A stretch of DNA of 27,044 nt from positions 1-27,044 of the IMG/VR virus record IMGVR_UViG_3300048857_000029. One strand, given 5' to 3'. The notes under the pieces were generated by a model. That model ran no database searches. It was given only the letters and a program-made list of their open reading frames with translations, and was not told the origin of the DNA. The DNA comes from a virus. Taxonomy: Duplodnaviria > Caudoviricetes. Position numbers and translations under genes: made by a program. Of this stretch, positions 24,979 through 27,044 are shown in pieces; the stretch's first letter is position 1; each line of letters opens with the position of its first letter.

Positions 24979-25956
24979 TTAGGGTGCGGTGATTTCGTCG
25001 CCGTAGGCGGCAGCACCCGGCAGGCGCCATTCGGTACCGCCGGTACGGGCGATGATGCCGGTCTCGAAACCCATGATGGACTTCTGGCGCGGCTGGAGGA
25101 CACGGCGGGGCATCGGCAGGTGGAAACGGAGAACTTCCGAGTCCCGGCGATACACGACCATGCGACCGCCGCCGTCCTGGGATGCCGTCGCGAGTTCGCG
25201 CAGCGGCTGGATGTCGAGCTGCTGGCCGGTTTCCGCCGTGTAGACGTTGTTGCGGCGGATGTATTCCAAGAGGGTCAGAAGGCCATCGCCCTCACCGAGG
25301 CGGCGGGTGGCGATGAGGCGGAACGCTTCCGGCGGCAGCCGCAGCGTGTCGACCCACTCCACTTCCGAGGTGTTCTCCCGAACGCTGGAGATCAGGTCGT
25401 TGATGTCCCGGAGGATCTGGTCGTTGGTCTTGTTCACCCAGAAGGTGGACGAGCCGCCGCCCCCTGCGCCGTCAGCCGCGACGTCGACACGCGAGACCTG
25501 CGGGTCGTTGACGAAGCCGGTCCAGTTCTTCTCGGTGGAGCCGGCCATGGCGATCGAGTTGAGCAGGCGCTCGACCTTGTCGGAGGCGGACATGGCCTTG
25601 GTGCCATTCAGGTCGATGCCGTAAAGGGCAGCCTGATTGACCTCCTCGAGGTTCCACTCCCAGCCGGAGCCGATCATCGCGAAGTCATGGCTGGCCATGT
25701 CCTTCGTGGCCTGGTTGAAGGGCATGTCGGTACCGGCGCCGGAGAGGAACTTCGCCTCGCCTGCGGTATCGACGGTGAAGAACGTCGTCCCGATCGCCCA
25801 GGCGTTGCCTTCCGTCACTACGGGCACGTGAGCGCCGTAGTTGAAGGTCGGATAGCGCCGCTGGTAGATGCGGGTCTCGATGTTGCGCCCCTGCGCGATG
25901 ACGAAGGGGAACGCGGCCTGCGCATCAGCGAAGGCCTGACGGATGATCTGGTTCAT
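24979..25956 (-). CDS. Major capsid protein (HK97 fold, DUF2184-like)
   Basis: 325 aa. GWEWNLEEV, TGFVNDP, ILRDIN, DTLRLPP, RMVVYRRD, HLPMP, RTGG. Confidence 0.92.
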   Translation of the reverse strand: MNQIIRQAFADAQAAFPFVIAQGRNIETRIYQRRYPTFNYGAHVPVVTEGNAWAIGTTFFTVDTAGEAKFLSGAGTDMPFNQATKDMASHDFAMIGSGWEWNLEEVNQAALYGIDLNGTKAMSASDKVERLLNSIAMAGSTEKNWTGFVNDPQVSRVDVAADGAGGGGSSTFWVNKTNDQILRDINDLISSVRENTSEVEWVDTLRLPPEAFRLIATRRLGEGDGLLTLLEYIRRNNVYTAETGQQLDIQPLRELATASQDGGGRMVVYRRDSEVLRFHLPMPRRVLQPRQKSIMGFETGIIARTGGTEWRLPGAAAYGDEITAP

Positions 25957-25976
25957 GGTTCAGGTCCTTTTCCTGA

Positions 25977-26459
25977 TCAGGCTGCCGGGGCCGAAGCGCG
26001 CAGACGAAGCGCGATTTCGACGATCGCGCCATTCGCGCCGGACGTGTCGAAAACTGCATCGGGAATGGGGCCGACGATGTCCGCACCCGCGGCGTTGACG
26101 TAGCGATGGGTCAGGGTGTTGTAGAAAACGGCATCGCCCTGCGCGACGGCGCCGCCGGCGGTGACGTACATTGTGCCCATCGTCATGAATGCGCCGGTGA
26201 AGTACCGGGGATAGGAGTCGGGGACGAGCACGTCCGCCGGCACGGCGGGATTCAGCACGGCGATGCCAATGAATTCGCCGCCAGCCGCAAGGGGCACAAC
26301 GCCGTGGTCAACGGCCCCGCGCTGAACCGGCTGGCCGACGCGCACGCCGCCCAGGTTTTCGACCGTGCGGCTGATCTTGTTGCACTTCTCCTCGGAAGCG
26401 ATCTGACCATGCAGGCCCTCCGGAGGAGCGTTCGTGTAGGTGGTCTGGTAAGTCGCCAT
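25977..26459 (-). CDS. Capsid decoration (cement) protein
   Basis: Lies between scaffold and capsid genes. GQPVQRG, FIGIAV, MTMGTMYV...VAQGDAV. Confidence 0.8.
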   Translation of the reverse strand: MATYQTTYTNAPPEGLHGQIASEEKCNKISRTVENLGGVRVGQPVQRGAVDHGVVPLAAGGEFIGIAVLNPAVPADVLVPDSYPRYFTGAFMTMGTMYVTAGGAVAQGDAVFYNTLTHRYVNAAGADIVGPIPDAVFDTSGANGAIVEIALRLRASAPAA

Positions 26460-26473
26460 CTTAGCGTCTCCTC

Positions 26474-27044
26474 TTAGTTGGCCGTGGCAGAGGTCTTGCC
26501 GGCCTTCATGTCGGCGACCATCTGCGAATAGGCGTCGGTTACGACCTTGTCGGCGTCGTTGACCTGAGACAGGCCATTCTGCACGACAGTGCGGAACGGA
26601 TCGGAGCCGCTCTTGCTGGCGTCCTCGACGAGCATGTCAAAGCGTGCGTCGACATAGGCCTCCGACTTGTCGGCAATGGCCGCATCGCCGAGCTTGGCGA
26701 CGACGACAGCCTTGCGGATGGCTGCATCGGAAAGCCCTTCGGTCTTCACGTCCTTGGCGATGGTGTGCGCCTTGGTGATGAGATCGGCGCGGGCCTGGAC
26801 GCGCTTGTCGAGGTCAGCGTCGGAAAGGATCTTGCCTTTCAGAGCATCGAGCTCGGCATCCTTCTTCGCGAGTTCGGCATCTTTGGCGGCCAGAGCCGTC
26901 TGATGTGCCTTCTCCGCGTCGGCGAACTTGGTGTTGGCGTCGGCAAGGCGCTGCTGGAGCGTGCCGATCACCGTGGCACCCTGGTCGGTTACTTCAACCG
27001 GGATGCCATCGACGGTAACCGTCTTCAGGGTCATGATCTTGTCC
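26474..27044 (-). CDS. Scaffold / C-terminal part of a prohead protease-scaffold (DUF2213-like), probably 5'-truncated by the window
   Basis: KTVTVDGIPVEV, coiled coil, KSEAYVDARFD. The frame stays open to the window edge, so ATG 27034 may be an internal start. Confidence 0.82.
   Translation of the reverse strand, partial: DKIMTLKTVTVDGIPVEVTDQGATVIGTLQQRLADANTKFADAEKAHQTALAAKDAELAKKDAELDALKGKILSDADLDKRVQARADLITKAHTIAKDVKTEGLSDAAIRKAVVVAKLGDAAIADKSEAYVDARFDMLVEDASKSGSDPFRTVVQNGLSQVNDADKVVTDAYSQMVADMKAGKTSATAN

Larger units (their letters stand above)
1..27044. mobile_element. Prophage / temperate siphovirus segment (late operon plus accessory region); boundaries and att sites not visible in the window
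   Basis: Canonical head-connector-tail-fibre-lysis gene order on the minus strand from 27044 to 5063. Inclusion of the region left of 5063 is inferred from context. Confidence 0.93.

Noticed and set aside
25120-26103. 327-aa plus-strand ORF
   Set aside because: Antisense shadow of the major capsid gene.

Overview
This window is the late (structural and lysis) half of a temperate siphovirus-type prophage. Its promoter motifs and small accessory genes point to an alphaproteobacterial, probably rhizobial, host. The late operon runs on the minus strand from the right edge: scaffold/protease, decoration protein, major capsid, head-tail connectors, MuF-like minor head protein, major tail protein, tail assembly chaperones with a -1 frameshift, tape measure, distal tail/hub/tip, tail fibre, GH19 endolysin, overlapping spanins and a holin candidate. 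The left 5 kb is accessory: an ATP-dependent DNA ligase missed by the ORF track, a Tat-exported MBL-fold hydrolase, a LexA-box two-gene operon and a single-domain response regulator. Four observations stand out. (1) Six EcfG/RpoE2-type general-stress promoters (GGAAC-N16/17-CGTT type) precede phage accessory genes, and one precedes a non-coding double hairpin that looks like an sRNA. (2) An unannotated 35-aa proline-rich peptide convergently overlaps a multi-TM membrane protein next to the tape measure gene. (3) Two 54-bp relics resemble the start of a displaced GH108 endolysin. (4) Eight small plus-strand genes are interleaved in the minus-strand late operon. All family assignments come from motif recognition and gene order, not from database searches.
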